The notes: generated by a model from the sequence alone, not told the origin. 64,000 bases of DNA from Balanoglossus misakiensis (GCA_040954595.2 CM082591.2:2377158-2441157); one strand, 5' to 3'; counted from the first letter of the stretch, positions 23,701-39,600 are shown. Numbers and translations are program-made.

Positions 23701-26700
23701 TCGTCCGTCTCGAAGTTTAATGCTGTGCGTCACAGATGGTACTGGGAAGGCGGCGTAATTACTGCGCGGAACGTCAAATTATGTGACTAATGTCGTCAGA
23801 AGAGACTAGTGTAGTATACTCTGTCTACTGCCAAGCCACGCCAACACTAGATAAAAGACTTGAGACATCTCGTTGCACATTGAAGTGCACCGCTACGCAT
23901 GCGCCATCAGCCTGGCTTCAAGTCAAGCGTGAAATAAGTGAAACTCAGTTAGCATAATCGATAAAATGTAATGGAGAGCAGCCTTGCAAAATGACAAGAC
24001 GGGGGCACTTTACTACAAAAATCAATTTGAAGGAAATGAAAAGTTAAACCATCAGAGGGCGATTGAAGCAGCCCTGTTTAAAATTCAGTCGTATTTCATA
24101 ATGCGGATTACTGACATTATTACGAAACGGTAAATGGGAGCGGTTGATTAACTCGATTAGAGAATTAATTGGCACCGATATCGTTAAGAAGCACGGAGAT
24201 TAAAAAGTCGTGACTGCGTGTAAAATTCGGCAAACGGCGCACTTTCCAATCAGGAGCGCGCGTTTCCCAGCTGACAGTTTGCCCGCACGCGCGCGCGTGT
24301 GGGCGCGTCACCTGGCAACCGGGGAGAGCGACACTCGAGTCTTGATTTATGTGTTATATTCGCATTCTGATTCATTTATAAGCATGTCGATTGTACAAGG
24401 GTGATTTAAAGCAATTCCGTGTCGAACCCTAATGAATTTACAGCCAGAAAATATGGAATGGCTTTGTGATGTCAACGCGATACAATGAGCGAAGCGCAAA
24501 GGGGGAGAGTTTGCAAACACTATTCACATGTTATGTTTTGCCAGAGCCATAATTGACATGGCATTTACATAGAAAAACTTTACAACATAAATCTTAGATG
24601 GGTAGAAAGTACACTTAGGCAATATTAGCAAAGGCAGGCTGTGTAATTCCTTATTTCCTATGAAAATATACTTTTCCCGTGTAATTTTAAACCCATACAT
24701 ACCTTGTATATAAATATATGTAGCGAATATCTTTATCCAAACAACACGGTTAGTCTGAGTAAGTCATATTATGTTAAATAACAATTATCGCACATGTTTT
24801 AATAAATCAATCGGTAGGATTACAATTTGAGTTAATACTTTTAAATCTGTCTCTCACTAAGACACGAGAAAAGATACTTAGTGACGGCTTATTAAGGGAC
24901 CTTTCGTGCAAATGTTCTGTTTTGATAAATTGAAGTGGGCGAATTTGGACGGATTAGGGAAAGTGATCAGAAGAAGAGAACGCGAAAAAAAATCCGCGAC
25001 TTCCAAGTTATCATCCGTCGACACCCGATTTTTATCAATCTCTTGTCTTCTCGCAGTCGAGACGTCGCCAACACGAGAGAGGCGGGTGAAATCCCTCGTT
25101 GTTGAACTCAGTCGACTGAATGGGACAATCCCCGATGTCTCGCTGTACTCTTGTTACAACACGTGTGAAAAAACACTCATGAACCAAATTCCTCAATACT
25201 CGCGAAAATCAAAGCCTGATTTGCAACTATATCTATTGGAATCATTCATTCGCCGAGAGTGCATTGTAGAAGATTAAAAAAGATTCATTTTCCTTTTAGC
25301 AAACATATTTACGCTAAATGCAAAATCCATCTTTGACTAAACTTAAGTAGTCGCGTTTCAAATAACCGTCTGGCGTATGACATCATTAGTGTTGTTACTA
25401 GGTGCTTCATTGACACAACCGCGCCCTTGTGTTCGTCGCGTCGTTTTGTGTAGTAACGCGTCATCACTCCGCGGTCAGTGTGAATGACTTAACATCACCA
25501 TGATTACATCCCGTAATTACATGTGCGACTGTCAACAGGGAATTTATTGAGGAGTGTTAGTCCTCGTTTTCCTTGTCACTGAGCGGTCCCAACGACCGCA
25601 GTTGTGATAACCTCAAACCGTCAATAAGAAGTCGAAAACTATCACGTGATTCGAAAAACCGAGCCAAACACACTAAACTATAACTATATATATAACTATA
25701 TATATAACTACATAAATATATACGTATATGTATATATTCTGAATATATACTAGTATACGAATGTATATATTCAGTATTATATATGGAGTTATATATAGTT
25801 CGTGATGTCAGAATATTCCCCCCTCTGTGAGTCTTATCAATGAATCATTGAAAACATGTATTCTTATCACAAGACTTCGACATCGCTAGAACGCTGTTGG
25901 GATTCCCTACAGGCACCTTGGCGACATCCCAACTCCTGACGACCGCTAACAGAGGCGTATTGTAGGCGCGCCGAGAAGGAAATTCTGAAGTCGGTTTTCG
26001 ATTTCCATTCAAAAGAGGCGCTTTTTATCATTCGGTGTGTTTGTGCAAGCACTGCACGTGTGTGCGGGAGTTAAGTCAACAGTAGGCCCCGGCCTTTTCA
26101 TTTCCTTTTCAGAGCGAAATCTGTAAAGAGAAGTTTTTTGAATCATGAAAATACGCTCGCAGCTCATTCGCGTTCCCCGGGAATTACACTCGATTGAGAT
26201 ACGAACAGAGAAAACGTTGAGCGCGCCAGATGAATGTTATTTCACTGAAAACATACAAGAAAAAGATTAGCATGTACTACACCTTGCTTGAAAAAATCTA
26301 AAATGCTTTTTATTTATTTTCTCGCGTACCAAAAACATATTTCAAGATATTCACAGATATGTGTTAGGGGGAGAAGACTCAACAGTTTTTTGTCTTGGTG
26401 TGAATATGAAACGAATATGAAGTACCAGCCAGTACTAGCAGTGAGTGTTTGATCTTTTGCGTTCTGCGACTTATATGCCACACCTTTGTTTTCTGCCTGA
26501 AAGTTAAAAACCTTGAACAAATCCCCTTAAATTTTAATGTGTTAAAATACAAAAATACACGGAACGATAAATAAAAAATCTTCCCGGGTTAGAGACATGT
26601 TTTATTACGCACATTTTTCCAGGGCATATGTGATCGAGCCCTCGCTCACAGATCATGGTGACAACTTGTCGGCGTTTATTGACGCATTTACCCGGAATAA

Positions 26701-29700
26701 TGGATTAATTTTCCATTTGGAAGAAAACAAAAACTAATAACTTGTTTAAAGGCAGATAAATCAGAATGGATGTGACATTTCCGTGAGATACTGTTTTGTT
26801 GAAAACTGCGATTAACTCTATACCCATTTCACGCGCCATTATGGTAGTCACGTTTATTGGCACACAATTAAATGACTTGTCAAAACTTACCCTTCGGGTG
26901 GCTGAATGTTTAGCGGATATTTAATGCTATTATATTACGCGCAGAGATCACGCAATAGATCATTTTCAGAACTCCACGAGATTCTGCGAGATATCGCGTG
27001 GCTTGGCAGTTTACAAGGTACATTGTATATTGTTATGTAACACAGGACAAATGGAAGTATCTTTGTTGATTTCTGTTACCATGGTACAGTCAGCGACTGA
27101 AAGGGCCATTGTGCTACGATCTGCAATAGCGTGAATTACACGTTCCATAAAGACGTCGACTTCACAGATTTGCTAGTTTTATGATCAGTCTTTATCAGCC
27201 ATATATTTCTCGGCGCCCAATAGCATATTGGTTTTTATGATCAATTTTTGACGAAAATGAAAACCGCCTTTTCAGATCGTTAAGCAAGCTTCATCCCCAC
27301 TGATATCCCCAATGCTCTGCTAAAGGGATTTATCGCGGACGCAATAAAGTTTCTGATGCGACTTAGCACCATTTTACATATACTGCAAAGAGGCTGTCGT
27401 AAAGAGGCTTGCACTGCCTCAGACATGGATAATATTGAATCTTCGTATCGTGTAATCCCAATGAATCCATGAAATAGACTTTATACTCAATATAATATTT
27501 TGTGCATCTGCATACAATAACTTATTTTATGCACACTGAACACTGTGCACTAATGCTACAAAATGAAACAAAACACAAATGTGCATTAGAGACTAAAATT
27601 CTATAAACTTGAGATGGATATTTATCTGTACCTTTGTTGTTAATTAATAGGCGGAGACATGCATGCACAAAGTATATCAGAGATACGGAGCGCATTGCCA
27701 ATTCTGTAGGCGCGCTGTTGCTAATGGCGAAAAGCGAGTAAGTCAACATTAGCGGAAAACAAATGTTGAACGTAGAAAAGACAAGTAAATGAACGAAAAA
27801 CAAAAGCGTGTTCGCATTGGTCTCAGTGGGGATGATGGTGGTATTAACGAAGACATTCAGCTAATAACCAATGGATATGTACCGAGATTGCGGTTATGCA
27901 AACACGCGCTACCCAGAATAGTCGATCGATATACATTTTAGAACAGCGTGCCACAGCAGAAGCAAATAGATGTCTCTGTCAATCGTTCGAGATATTTTCT
28001 TTCTATTGACCAAGATCTCTCAATGGCGCATTCATTTACTTAGAAAATGTCCATAACTTTATCTTTTAAAACGCAAAGACAAAGTCGTTTCCGTCAGAGT
28101 CAATAATAGTTAAAGTGTATTTACTCAATGTTCATCGGTAACCAGTGGATTTAATTGATTGGTGGGTAAGGGATACCTGTAACTTAATCGCTGTCATAAT
28201 TTGAAGGCAAATAGTGTTGTGAGGATCGGCGGCAACTTGACCGCGTGTTGACAAGACGCTGGCGATAAAATGTGTTTAACATTTTGAATTGAAAGTTTTT
28301 CCTGGTCAAAAAGATAAAGTTACTTTGCCGTGAGAATGTCACGTGACGGCCATTTCACAGTTTCGCAGTGTACGAGTGTAGTTCCACAAGTAAATAAGTC
28401 GGCCAACTCCTGGCGTCACACTGTAAGATACAGTAAGGTGATGGGCAGATAAATTGATTGATATTCAATCGAAGAATTTAGAGAACCTATTATTTTGTGA
28501 ACATATAGCCTACATGAAAGGCACTGATATCTGAATGAATTAGAATCAAATTGCTAACAGGTCAAAGTCGAACTGGTCTTGTCAAAGTAAGAAGGAAATC
28601 GTAGCCACTGTATTGATTTAAGTTGATCTATGAGTTGTATTGATAACTAGACATGTCATCCAAGTCACCTATGACAACTGAACTTCGATTTAGAACGTAA
28701 AAGACAACCATTGCCATACATCCCTTTATCACATGCAATTATTAATTTTGTCAATCTCGCTTCTTATTCCATTTTATATTTCTCATTCAATTTTCGAATT
28801 GTAATCACAAAAAAATGTCTATTCCATAAAAAGTTGTAATTAATAGACGACTCCACTGTTGCCATGGTGGCGATGTCTGAAATCTGGATCACCGTAGCTT
28901 AGCCAGGGTCCCTGTTTTCGTCTGGGCATGCGCACCACCCCTATACAGTAAAAGTCGTAGGCGTGCTTTTCGGATTGTAACTGTGTGAATACCGGCGCAT
29001 GTAAATTAACGCTCTGAGTACAACTTCTACCTTGTCGCCATTCTTTTCCCAACAACATGCGAGATCAATAGTGCATTGAATCCGCAGCACGCAATCTTAA
29101 TTGGTATGTAATAGGCCGCAAGGAGCTTATTTTATACTGTGACACCCTTTTTAAAGAATATCGAATAGCACATGCAGTCCATCGACTTTTCTTTGTCGAA
29201 CTTCCATGACACACTGATGCTGATTATTCAAATTTTGAAAGATTATCCCCGAGTTTCATATAACCACCCAGACGCCCATTTAATATCGACGGCTACCACA
29301 AGACACTGGATTCTCGCTACCGTGGCGTGAAATGAATCTGTATAGAATTCGCGGAAATAGGCCCCGGGCGACCAGGGATATCTTGGACAAATATTTGTCG
29401 GCTAATGGTAAAGTTCACGATGAAATGGTGATCGGTGTCCAACGTCGCAGCATTGACTGCTGATAGACGGTGAATGCATTCACTAGAGCCAGTATCCCCC
29501 CAGATCTTGTACAGCATCCCTGTACTTTTTCTTTTACAAAGTTCTGAGTGTGGGAGTATTTGCTATGAATAGCCGAAAGCTATTCTGATGATGCGTGGAT
29601 AATTAGCCAACCGGGGAAAAAATAACGTCAGATAGGCGATTAAGTGTCAAACAAATTTGAAAACATTTTTTTGGTGCGTGGGTTAATTATCTCCTAGGAA

Positions 29701-29831
29701 GTACTCCCGAATACACATTGATGACTCAATCAAAGTATTTTTTATCTTAACATTTTATTTTCATCTTATTGTTCAATATCGCGGAATGTGTTGACTCTCT
29801 TGGGTAGTGAAAATTTAATAACATACATGAC

Positions 29832-29884
<53 letters not shown>

Positions 29885-32800
29885 CGATGATAATGATGAT
29901 GATGATGATGATGAATTGTTGTTGCTATAGTTTGAAAGTAGAGGCAAGATCAATAGACGAGTTGAACAGGCAGAAGACAACTATTAGGAGCAAGCATATG
30001 TTAACTTTGTCTGCAGAGGGTTAAGACGTGTACTATCCTGCACTCGACTCCAAATATAGCCACTGATTTCTTAATGAAGACATTAAGTAAACGTTAAGTA
30101 GTTAATTAATCCCTCAGAGGAGGGACGGACACTTATCGGGCAACTGCGAATCTATTTTCTGCATTCCTGGCTCTCGCTCGCCGATCGATACAGAAAATGG
30201 AACACGTGTGCCGAGCGCGAGGGCTTGGCATTCAAATCACGCGAGACGTTACAATTAGCTTCTCGTTTAAAGGGTTGTTACTGCCACAGAGTGACGAAGT
30301 AGAGCGGTGATAACAGGGATATATCTAATAAGGCACTGGCGTTATTACCATCGGTACTACAAGGAAAAACACGCGGTAAATCACGCTTTGAAATTGTCAG
30401 GCGAATAATACACTAATATACATGATATACGCAGCACGGGTGGCGGTTTTACCCCTACTGATATGAAATAGCCCACTGATCATGGTGTGATGTACACAAA
30501 AGACCAGATTTCGCCACAAATCAAGGGGGGCTTTCCACTCAGATGCACCTGGGGTATTACTTCTGGTGTGTGTGTCGGGGTTAATTTAATGAACACATTT
30601 ATAAGGCGTAATACGACGATGTGGAAAATACTATCATTTCATTCTCAGATCAATATGAGACGTGCACATCACCGCTCAGAAATCTGTATTGTGTTCGGTG
30701 AAAGTCTAATCGCTGATTAAGAACATATAATATCTGCCGGATGATACAATGCGCGTGTGGTGACCATCTGACCAACTGACTTAATGCAAAACTCGGGTGC
30801 AGGCATGTACACGGCATATTGATAGTGATCCATACATGATACTAGTCTATCAAATATCGCATTAGTGTAATACAGATAGGTATGAATTTTTAATATAACA
30901 CTCATTGTATGGTCCATGCTGCATTATTCAGTTATGTCCCGGGGCTTTTTAGACTACCCTGTCAACAATAGTGTCAAGCCCACACGGCGTCAAAGTCAAA
31001 CTGCTGATACCTTTGTGAGGTCTGACATATCAATTGACTGTCATATCAAGTTCATGGATCTTGGCATTCAAATCCACGGGGTCTGGCTTCAGGACGGTAT
31101 CTCTGAGAATACACCGAATAGGTAACAAAGAATGCCAGTTTTATCTGTAACACAAGTATCTTATTTGAAGTCCCCGTAGTTGGAGAGGTTCGTGATATTC
31201 TCGGTTACACGCGGGTACACAGTTGCCTTTGTTGTGAGCAAAATCACGTCAGTAAACGAGTGAAATTTCGTGTCATGGTCACCGTTAAGACATGGCGGTT
31301 ATTGCAGTGTCATCTATTGCAGAGAGGGTCAACGTTTCCTAATATCGGGCTAATTAGACTATTCTGAACGAGCGCGCCTGTCAGTTAACGGCTAAATTAT
31401 CACCTTTCGGCATGGCTTGACAATGTCACCTGCCGATGCTCATAAAACGTGTCATTGACCCTTCACTTAGTGTGCATTACCATCACAATTAGGTGATAAT
31501 AAGTATTTTAGCATGAGAAAGTCGAGTCCGGCCACGCCAGCGTTTATCTGGCATGGCGTGATGTAGCGTGGTGTAGTACATGTGTGCTGAGGTTGTTTTA
31601 CTATAACGTTAGACATCTTCAAATGACAGCCTTCCGCCCTAAACTTAGACAACAGAACATACGCCCATGGAAGTATTATGTAGTCTGCTGTTGTCTGTTT
31701 GCGAGGCCTCGACAATGCCAGTGTTCTCATAAATCACAAAGTGCACAGCACATTACAGAGATACAGACTTAAAGTCAGTTAATGGACACATGGCCGTCGC
31801 TGGCCTCATACTCCTAGGCCTTATCCGGTCTCAGGGCTGCATAAACTTACAACGTACTGTCTGTTCCAATCCAGTCTGTTAGCCATCTGGAAAAAACTAG
31901 ACTTAACATGTATAGTGTCTTTCGTTGGCAGAGCGAAATTAGACGCAAAGATAAGCGGTCACATCTGTTACTTGTAAGTAAGTACTACTCAGAGAAATAC
32001 CAAAAGAATCCCTAGCTTGGGGTTATTGTCACCAGTATCTGCAGAGCGTTGCGTTTAGTTCCCATTTTCTTTGAGGAAAAAAAGTAAATCCGGTATTCTG
32101 TTGAGACTAATACACAGGGCGCTTGCTTGAGTCATGTAACGTTAATACCGGTGTCATCTGCTTTGAATAGAAGGTCTTTATGTTGCGATGGAAAAGTGAT
32201 ACGGCGTCGTCCCTACAGACCAACCCCACAAGCCAGCTTTTTCTTCTTGTAAAAAGCCAAATCTGTATTCATCTTAGTTCACATTAAATACAATCAAATC
32301 AACATATAATTATACAACACTATGCGTCAGTATTAGTCAACCCTTTCCCACTTTGAAATATTGTTTGTTTCAAAACTAAAAAGTATCCTGAATCATAGAA
32401 AGTGGTTGAACCTGAAAACTATTTGTCGAACATTACGGTTAGCTGTAACTACACAAACTGTTAGAAGTAGAAACGGTTGACTGGCTCCCGCCATTAAGTG
32501 CACGGCTGGCCTCTTAGTCAGCGACAAAGGTTTACTTTGTGTTATAGAAGTACAGCTAAAATACTTTAGATGTGATTACATCGGTACTCAAGATAATTTG
32601 TAATCAACTAAAACATGGTCTTAAGCTCTTAGCCAGAACAAAGTAACATCGACGACCATCGAGCTTACGGTAAATTTGATATGAAAGCTTTGTATGAACG
32701 GATAATCTGTGACCCCAAGGAATTGTATTTTGATTACAGTCGAACAAACAGAGTTAATCTCCGAATTGCTATGGTTCCCATTTAAAAGACACGTCAGATA

Positions 32801-35800
32801 ATCACATTTCGACCGCCACAAATGTCAGCAGTGGTGTAAGCGCTGTTGACGTATGCTCAGGTATGTTTGTCTGTCGAGGAAAATCGAATTATAAAGAGCT
32901 CTCTAAATTTGCATTTCGCGCGGACACGATCAGATGGTGCAAGAAACACGGACATAACGAAACATTCAAATATCAAGACGTTGAATTTACGTATTATTAA
33001 CGAAATTAAAAAGGATGGAAAATTTAAACGAAACGAAACGGATTTCTTATAAAATTGTTCCCGAGTAGCTAAATTCCAATGTTGGGTAACACTTGCCCAT
33101 TGCTTTGGTAAAACTCGGTCCGCGCTAACACAAAAAGTCATGTACTTTAAATTGCTTATTGCATATCTATTCAAACCATTGACGTCACAGAGAGTCCGTA
33201 TTAGCGCTTGACCTGTGACCCCTCTAACCCAAAGAACAGCTTTTATCATATCATTACAGAATATCTCTGAACAATTTGTTATAGATGTCTGATAATTCAT
33301 TTGTATCGGTGAAGATGTCAGTCCTGATAGAAATCAATAAATTTTACCGATCGTAATTGTCAGGTCACATGACCTTGCGCAGGCGGGGGTACAAAAGTTA
33401 CGAGAGAAAAAGACGGTGGACAAACTTAATATTTCTTTCACGGCACAAAGTATTAGGTGCAGTCGTATAATGGCACTGTTGGGCTGTCGGTATTAAGTAT
33501 TCTTGTCCTGTTTAGTCAACTATCTCATGAGATAACATAAAGCGCAAATGTATGCGCCGTTTTAAGGCAGGATGTCCCTTTATTGCTCCTATATTTCTTA
33601 TTTATATCGATTAGAATACACTTTTTATGCTATCACGACAATTAAAATGTATTATAACAAAGCGTTTAACGACTATGAACCCGCGATTAGTCTAAAACAA
33701 TGTCGCAACCTTGATTTCTTTTTTAAACGAGCGCTTGACGAAGCAAATTCCCCGTGAACTTCCCGTCAGCTGTATTAACCGCCTTCTAAATTTTCTTTAA
33801 CGACTGTCGGTGAAAGGCCGCCATTTTGACGCTTTTAGAAGTCGCAATACCGGCGGTCAATAAAACGTTTTCACTAGCCAACAAGCCCAGTTTCCCTGAT
33901 TGGGCGAACCCGTTGCCAAAACTGAGTTGATGTGGACAAAGCAGTACCATCTGATAGTGACGTAGTTAAAGCCTGGGCTTTCGTAGATAAAATTGTGCCT
34001 TACGTAATCAAATGTGGGGTTTACGCAGTTAAAACTGCGCTTTACATAGTCAAATGTGGGATTTACGTAGTCTGAGCTGTGCTGAACGATTCAGAAGCAA
34101 CCACAAATCGAATTTCGATTGTGATGAGTAACTTGAAATTTGTTCCAAACTTTGACTCACTGCAGTGACGCACAGTTTGATAATTTACAGTGATTCAACA
34201 AACAGCTCACCATGGACGTGTACTTAAACTCCCGTTATGAATAAATTTCTGATTGCAGATTGAAATGTGGCACTTCGGATAATAGATAAAGAACCGTTTG
34301 TTTGTGTCAAGGCCGTATTTCATATTAGTTTTTGGATTTATTTGACAGTGCCGATATAATTTACGGAAAGAATAGCCGGCCACAATGAGGAAAGATCATA
34401 ATTTTCCTGTGTTGTTAAATTGTAGCTAATGAAATACTGCGCCGACGAAAGAGTAGACGAGAGGACGCCATGACGAACAGGAAACGGAAGAAAGGTTATT
34501 GTCTGCGTCCCTTGACCAGAGTCAGAGAGATACAAAGTTACAAATATGTAACCTTGCACTGGCGCGTTCTTATCGGTCGATATTTCCTGAACAGAAACGC
34601 AAAGCGCAAAAAATGTCAAAATCCATCAAAGCATTTTTCGCGAATCGCGAAGATAATATGTTTTGATAGTCCAAATCGACTCTCACCGCCAAGGTCAAGA
34701 TATAATACACTCCATTGGGATCATATTTCGGTCGCAAAAAAGCAATTAAAGCGAAAGTTTGTAGGGTTATTCACAAAATGTGAGCATGTACATGTATATG
34801 GACGAGGGCTGCATGCGTGGCACCCCCGGGGATACCCCCAAAACCCCCTGTACACACCTTCATTTCTTCACTGAATATTAATTTTACAGTTTTGAGGAAG
34901 AGCCGTCCTCCACGGAATCGACTCGAGCGACAATTGAATAAATCTATTACCATATTATGCAAATAGCTTGACGTCCAGCCAAAAGTTCATGTGGAAAACA
35001 TATAGACACGCACCTGGACGCGGCAGCCGTATTGGGACCCCTGCGTTCTCTACAAACGCGGAGACGCGTTGTATGATAGAACCTAGGTGACGACAGTGCA
35101 TGCAGTGTGTATAATGAAGTTGGCTCAACTTTAAGTGGTCGTTTTTACATGAGAAATACGCGAGGGACAAAGTGAATAATCTTTGAAAATTAATGTTTAC
35201 CTCAGCTCTCGAAGTTCTGCAAGATTTCCCGGCGCAAAGCGATTTAAAGAAATCCATCATGTCATACTTAAAGTATGTCTGGAATTTCCTTTTCCATAAT
35301 TTCTCACGTACTTGATTGAACGTTAACCCAGTCCAACACGTAACCGAGGCAGATAAACATACAATTTGCATCTAAGAGAGAATAAAGATTTTTTTCTCGC
35401 AATTTTAACTTCATACTTTCAATCGACTGAGACAAGGAAAATCAATGCTTTTAAAAATCAATCGTTTCACCCGATCTGTTAATGGCTGCACCGCCGATAC
35501 CCTATAGACAATTTACATGATTTTTTATCATGCAAACGCCGTCTACAGGATTTATAATATAATACGTCTTTGATTTGTTGGACCTGACACATAATTATGT
35601 TTCTGGGATCGATGATCGCTATTAAAACAGTAATATTGCTTGATTTATATTGTGATTTCGAATATAATGGAAATGCAAAGAGCTTGTATGATGGTAGCTG
35701 CACTGTTTGAAAAGACTTGGTAACGGGTTTATGCGTCGACAATCGTGTTCAAACATTACTTTTTGTAGACATGTTATGTTAACTGGCGTAACTTTCTAGC

Positions 35801-36620
35801 AGTACTGGGCACAAGCGTGACGCTGTACCAAATCGCAAGTAAAGCGCTTGTTAAGTTAGTTTCACTGTGGTCCTCATGTTCTTGGATTTATCTGCGGGTA
35901 GATTGTGACTATCTTAAAAGTTATGTTTTCAAAAACAAGTTGACAAAATTCCACCAGATTCTTTCACTTCTGGCGTCTTCCACTGGTACAACGTGGATTC
36001 GTCCAACACGGAGATAAGTGCTATTTAGTCCGTCTGGCTCGTTGCGGATTCAGTTGGTCACCATTCCGCTAAACCCTTAGATAAATTATATATACTCGTT
36101 GATCCGTGAACCGAGTTTGGTCGACTCCCTACATCGCCATGGTAACGAGCGCCGAACAGATTGAAAGGCGAATTTGCATTCAATGACGGTCTATAGTGTT
36201 GGACAGCCTAGGGATTAGCAACGGTAATTGGGGTCACTATGCAAGCCTTCTATAGTACCTAATGCGCTGATGAAATACATCGTTGATTCTTTGAGTCGCA
36301 AAGTCGGTAATAAAAAATCTGAAATCCCATGTGCATAAATCCATTCTATGGATATTTCATAACACAAGATCAATTTATGGGGGAATATTACTTCTGAGAA
36401 ATCGGCACAATCTCACATTACTCGCACAATGGAGCACCCAAGACAAATCCCAACTTTTCTATTAAAGGATATATTAAAATCAATCAGTGGTCTGTGCGGA
36501 TTCACCATAGGAGATCTCCCCCGCTAATCATTGAGATTTGTATTTTAGTTGAAACTGCCAACAGACATAAAATAATTGTGGGATAAATAGAAAGCAAGGA
36601 TTGAAAGCATTGTGTGTGTA

Positions 36621-36682
<62 letters not shown>

Positions 36683-39600
36683 AGAGTGAGTAAGTGAGTG
36701 AGTGAGTGAGTGAGTGAGTGAGTGAGTGTGTAATGTATGTATGTATGAGACTTTCAATCTTTGATTTTTAAGTATTCCACCATTCTTCATCAATACTTTT
36801 TTAAACTTTTAGCAACTTCTTCCTTCCGCGAGAGATACGGATATGACATGACGTAACATCCGGAAAGTACAGCAGATCCCATTACCTGAATTACGCAGAT
36901 AATCATTACAAAATAAAATGCTATTTTAGGAAACCATGTTAGCGTTCTTAAATACCCTCTAACCATGGCAACACTGATCTAGATTGATTGAAGATAAACT
37001 CAAGTGGTATCAGTCTGTTTATGAATGTCAAAAGAGCGATGTTTCAAATGATTAGCACGCCTCTGGGCAAAAGTAAAACTCTTTAATATCTCTTGTAATA
37101 TCATTTTAGTATTTAATAGAAATTTGAGTAAGATTTATTAAGATTCCAGAATTATGGGCTAAAGTTTACAATTTCTCATTTTTAGCACCGCTTTGGTAAA
37201 AAAATACGCCGTTGCCATTTCTGACAATTAAATGAACTCTATTGGGCCCTTAAATATTTCCCGCACATCTTCGGATGAAGTGCTGAAAGAATGAAACTCG
37301 GCGTTCATTCTGAAAGGTTTGTATTAAAGATCAGTTACTTTGCGATAAAACGAATTACATAATTCCGCCAAAGAAACGTAATTTTATTATTCAAATAGGA
37401 TATTATTTTTGACTTGACTAATTTTGAAATTTTGAAGTCAGGTTATCCCCTGTTGACCGTTGCACCACCAATTTCAGCGTCTGCGTTTGATTACTTGAAT
37501 AAAATAATGCACTATGCATGCAAACGTCAGATTCCATCTGCAAAGAATGGGTTTGAGTTGCGTTTGAAGGGCGATCCATACCTGTACTAACCGTTTGCGT
37601 TTCATCTGGTCATATCATGAGTCAAAATACACATATCCAATTTAGCCGCCTTTCTTTAAATTTTATTGCAGCTACATCAAAGTCAATGCACTACCCGCGC
37701 AAGCACTCGCATACTTATTCATAAAACCTTAAACTTTTAAGATTTGCCTTAATGGCTGAAGACGAATTGAAGACAGGAATAAAACATCTTATAATGGCCC
37801 TCACAAAACGCCTGTTAATAGAATTTAGAATATTTTTCTCGGAATCACTACGATGCGGTTGGCAATAATTTCAACTGACTCATCACTCAATTTTCACTTC
37901 GGAAGTGATTGATGAGAATAAAATATAGTGTCTCGCCATTTTCGTTCTTTTCATTCAGTGACAATTGAAGAAGCTATTTTTGAGTTTTGAATTGAAGACA
38001 GCGTGACTAGTGAGCCACAGTCTTGCAAGAATATCTTGGACAGTATCGTTTCTTTGCAGATGACCAGATTAATAACAATAATCTCGCGTGCGTCTTTGCT
38101 TATCGCAACGATCTGTTTTCATAGCCTGTCTACCGTGACATTGCAGGAGATTTCAATGCACCTTTTTATTCTGCGTTTCATATGGTTGTATCCTCGCCAC
38201 TTGCGAGGGGTTCTCAGGAGTTTTGCCCGCTAATGGGAACGCATTGATATGTCCGATATGTTGTTTCTACGACCACGCTGTACTTTGTCTTTATCTAACT
38301 CGTACTTACGTGCGGTGACATTGTAAGTGTACAACTTAGATAGCCGGGTGTGCTAATCACGGGGAGCACGGCCACAAAGCAGAACAGCCACCCAGTGTTC
38401 TTTCTATGGTTCATTAGCGCGAAAAGATTAATCCGTTGAAAAATAAAGTCGTAGTTTACTTTAAGCACTTTCCCAATCCTCTATAGGTTAGGTTTCAATT
38501 TCCCGTACGTGTAAACTCACATGTTATAGACACTCGCCTCGCTTCAGTAGTCTCAAGGAGTCTCTTTAATGCATACTGAAGGCGTCAACACGCCACTTTC
38601 AAGAATGACAAAAGACGCCTTCTTCATTCCAATTTGCGGCAAATTCTGGCCCAAGCCTATATATTCAAAAGTTAATCATTTCAATGGAGTCTCTCGCCAC
38701 CTCATAGTCAAAAACCATAATGTCAAACACGAAAAGTGATTTCTCTCCTCAGAAAGTGCCCAACTTTCCCGGAATTCCGCTCACTGGTGACCTTTGACCG
38801 CACGACTCAAATAGCCGCTGATTTGTGGTGCAAATAAACATTAAATCGTGAAAATCGTTTCTTTTAAATAAATTGGATATAGTCATCGCGAAATACGCTC
38901 GTAATAAAACTAAACACTTCCCTTTCAACATCCACAAACAATAAAATTTATCACATTACGAATTGCTCGCGTATAGGCTTCTAGTTTGATGTTATCACGT
39001 GATATTGCTTGTCTGGAGGTTCGTTTGACTGTAAAGAGCGATGGCGTTAGCAAAAATGATGTATCCTGGTTTCCAAGATGTCTGTGTCATTTCACAACGT
39101 ATAATTTCCTGGTAAAAAAGACGGTACAAGTACTTTGTGCTGTGTAACTGTAATTGAAATGTCTGTATTCTGTTTTTTTCCGTAGAAAGTTGAGGTATAT
39201 TTCCTAGTGTTATAGACAGTGACAGAGAGAAAAATTCACATTGCATTATTATGCGTATTCCTATAGCAATACGGTCCAATATGGCCTTTAGGCAACTATT
39301 TTTACCTTTCTAATATCCGGAGCCGTTACGCGTACATGTCTGAATTAATTTCGTTGATATTCAGGAAAAGGAGAGTACATTCTAGAATTCGCATGGATGT
39401 CATTTTCACTATATGATTTAATGTGGTCAGATTTGTTCGATTTGTGGTAATTTTCCATTGGGGTTCATCAGAAAGAAATAGTGGTTCCCGATCCGCTGCT
39501 GTGCCTCAATTATTCCCGAACCGACTTCGTTCCATATGTTGAGTTTGATGACTAAATTTTGAAAAATATAAGGGGAGGCGTGAGATCAGTGACGGCAGTT

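Noticed and set aside
29747-30024. Poly-Ser and poly-Met ORFs
   Set aside because: Translation of the (GAT)n microsatellite
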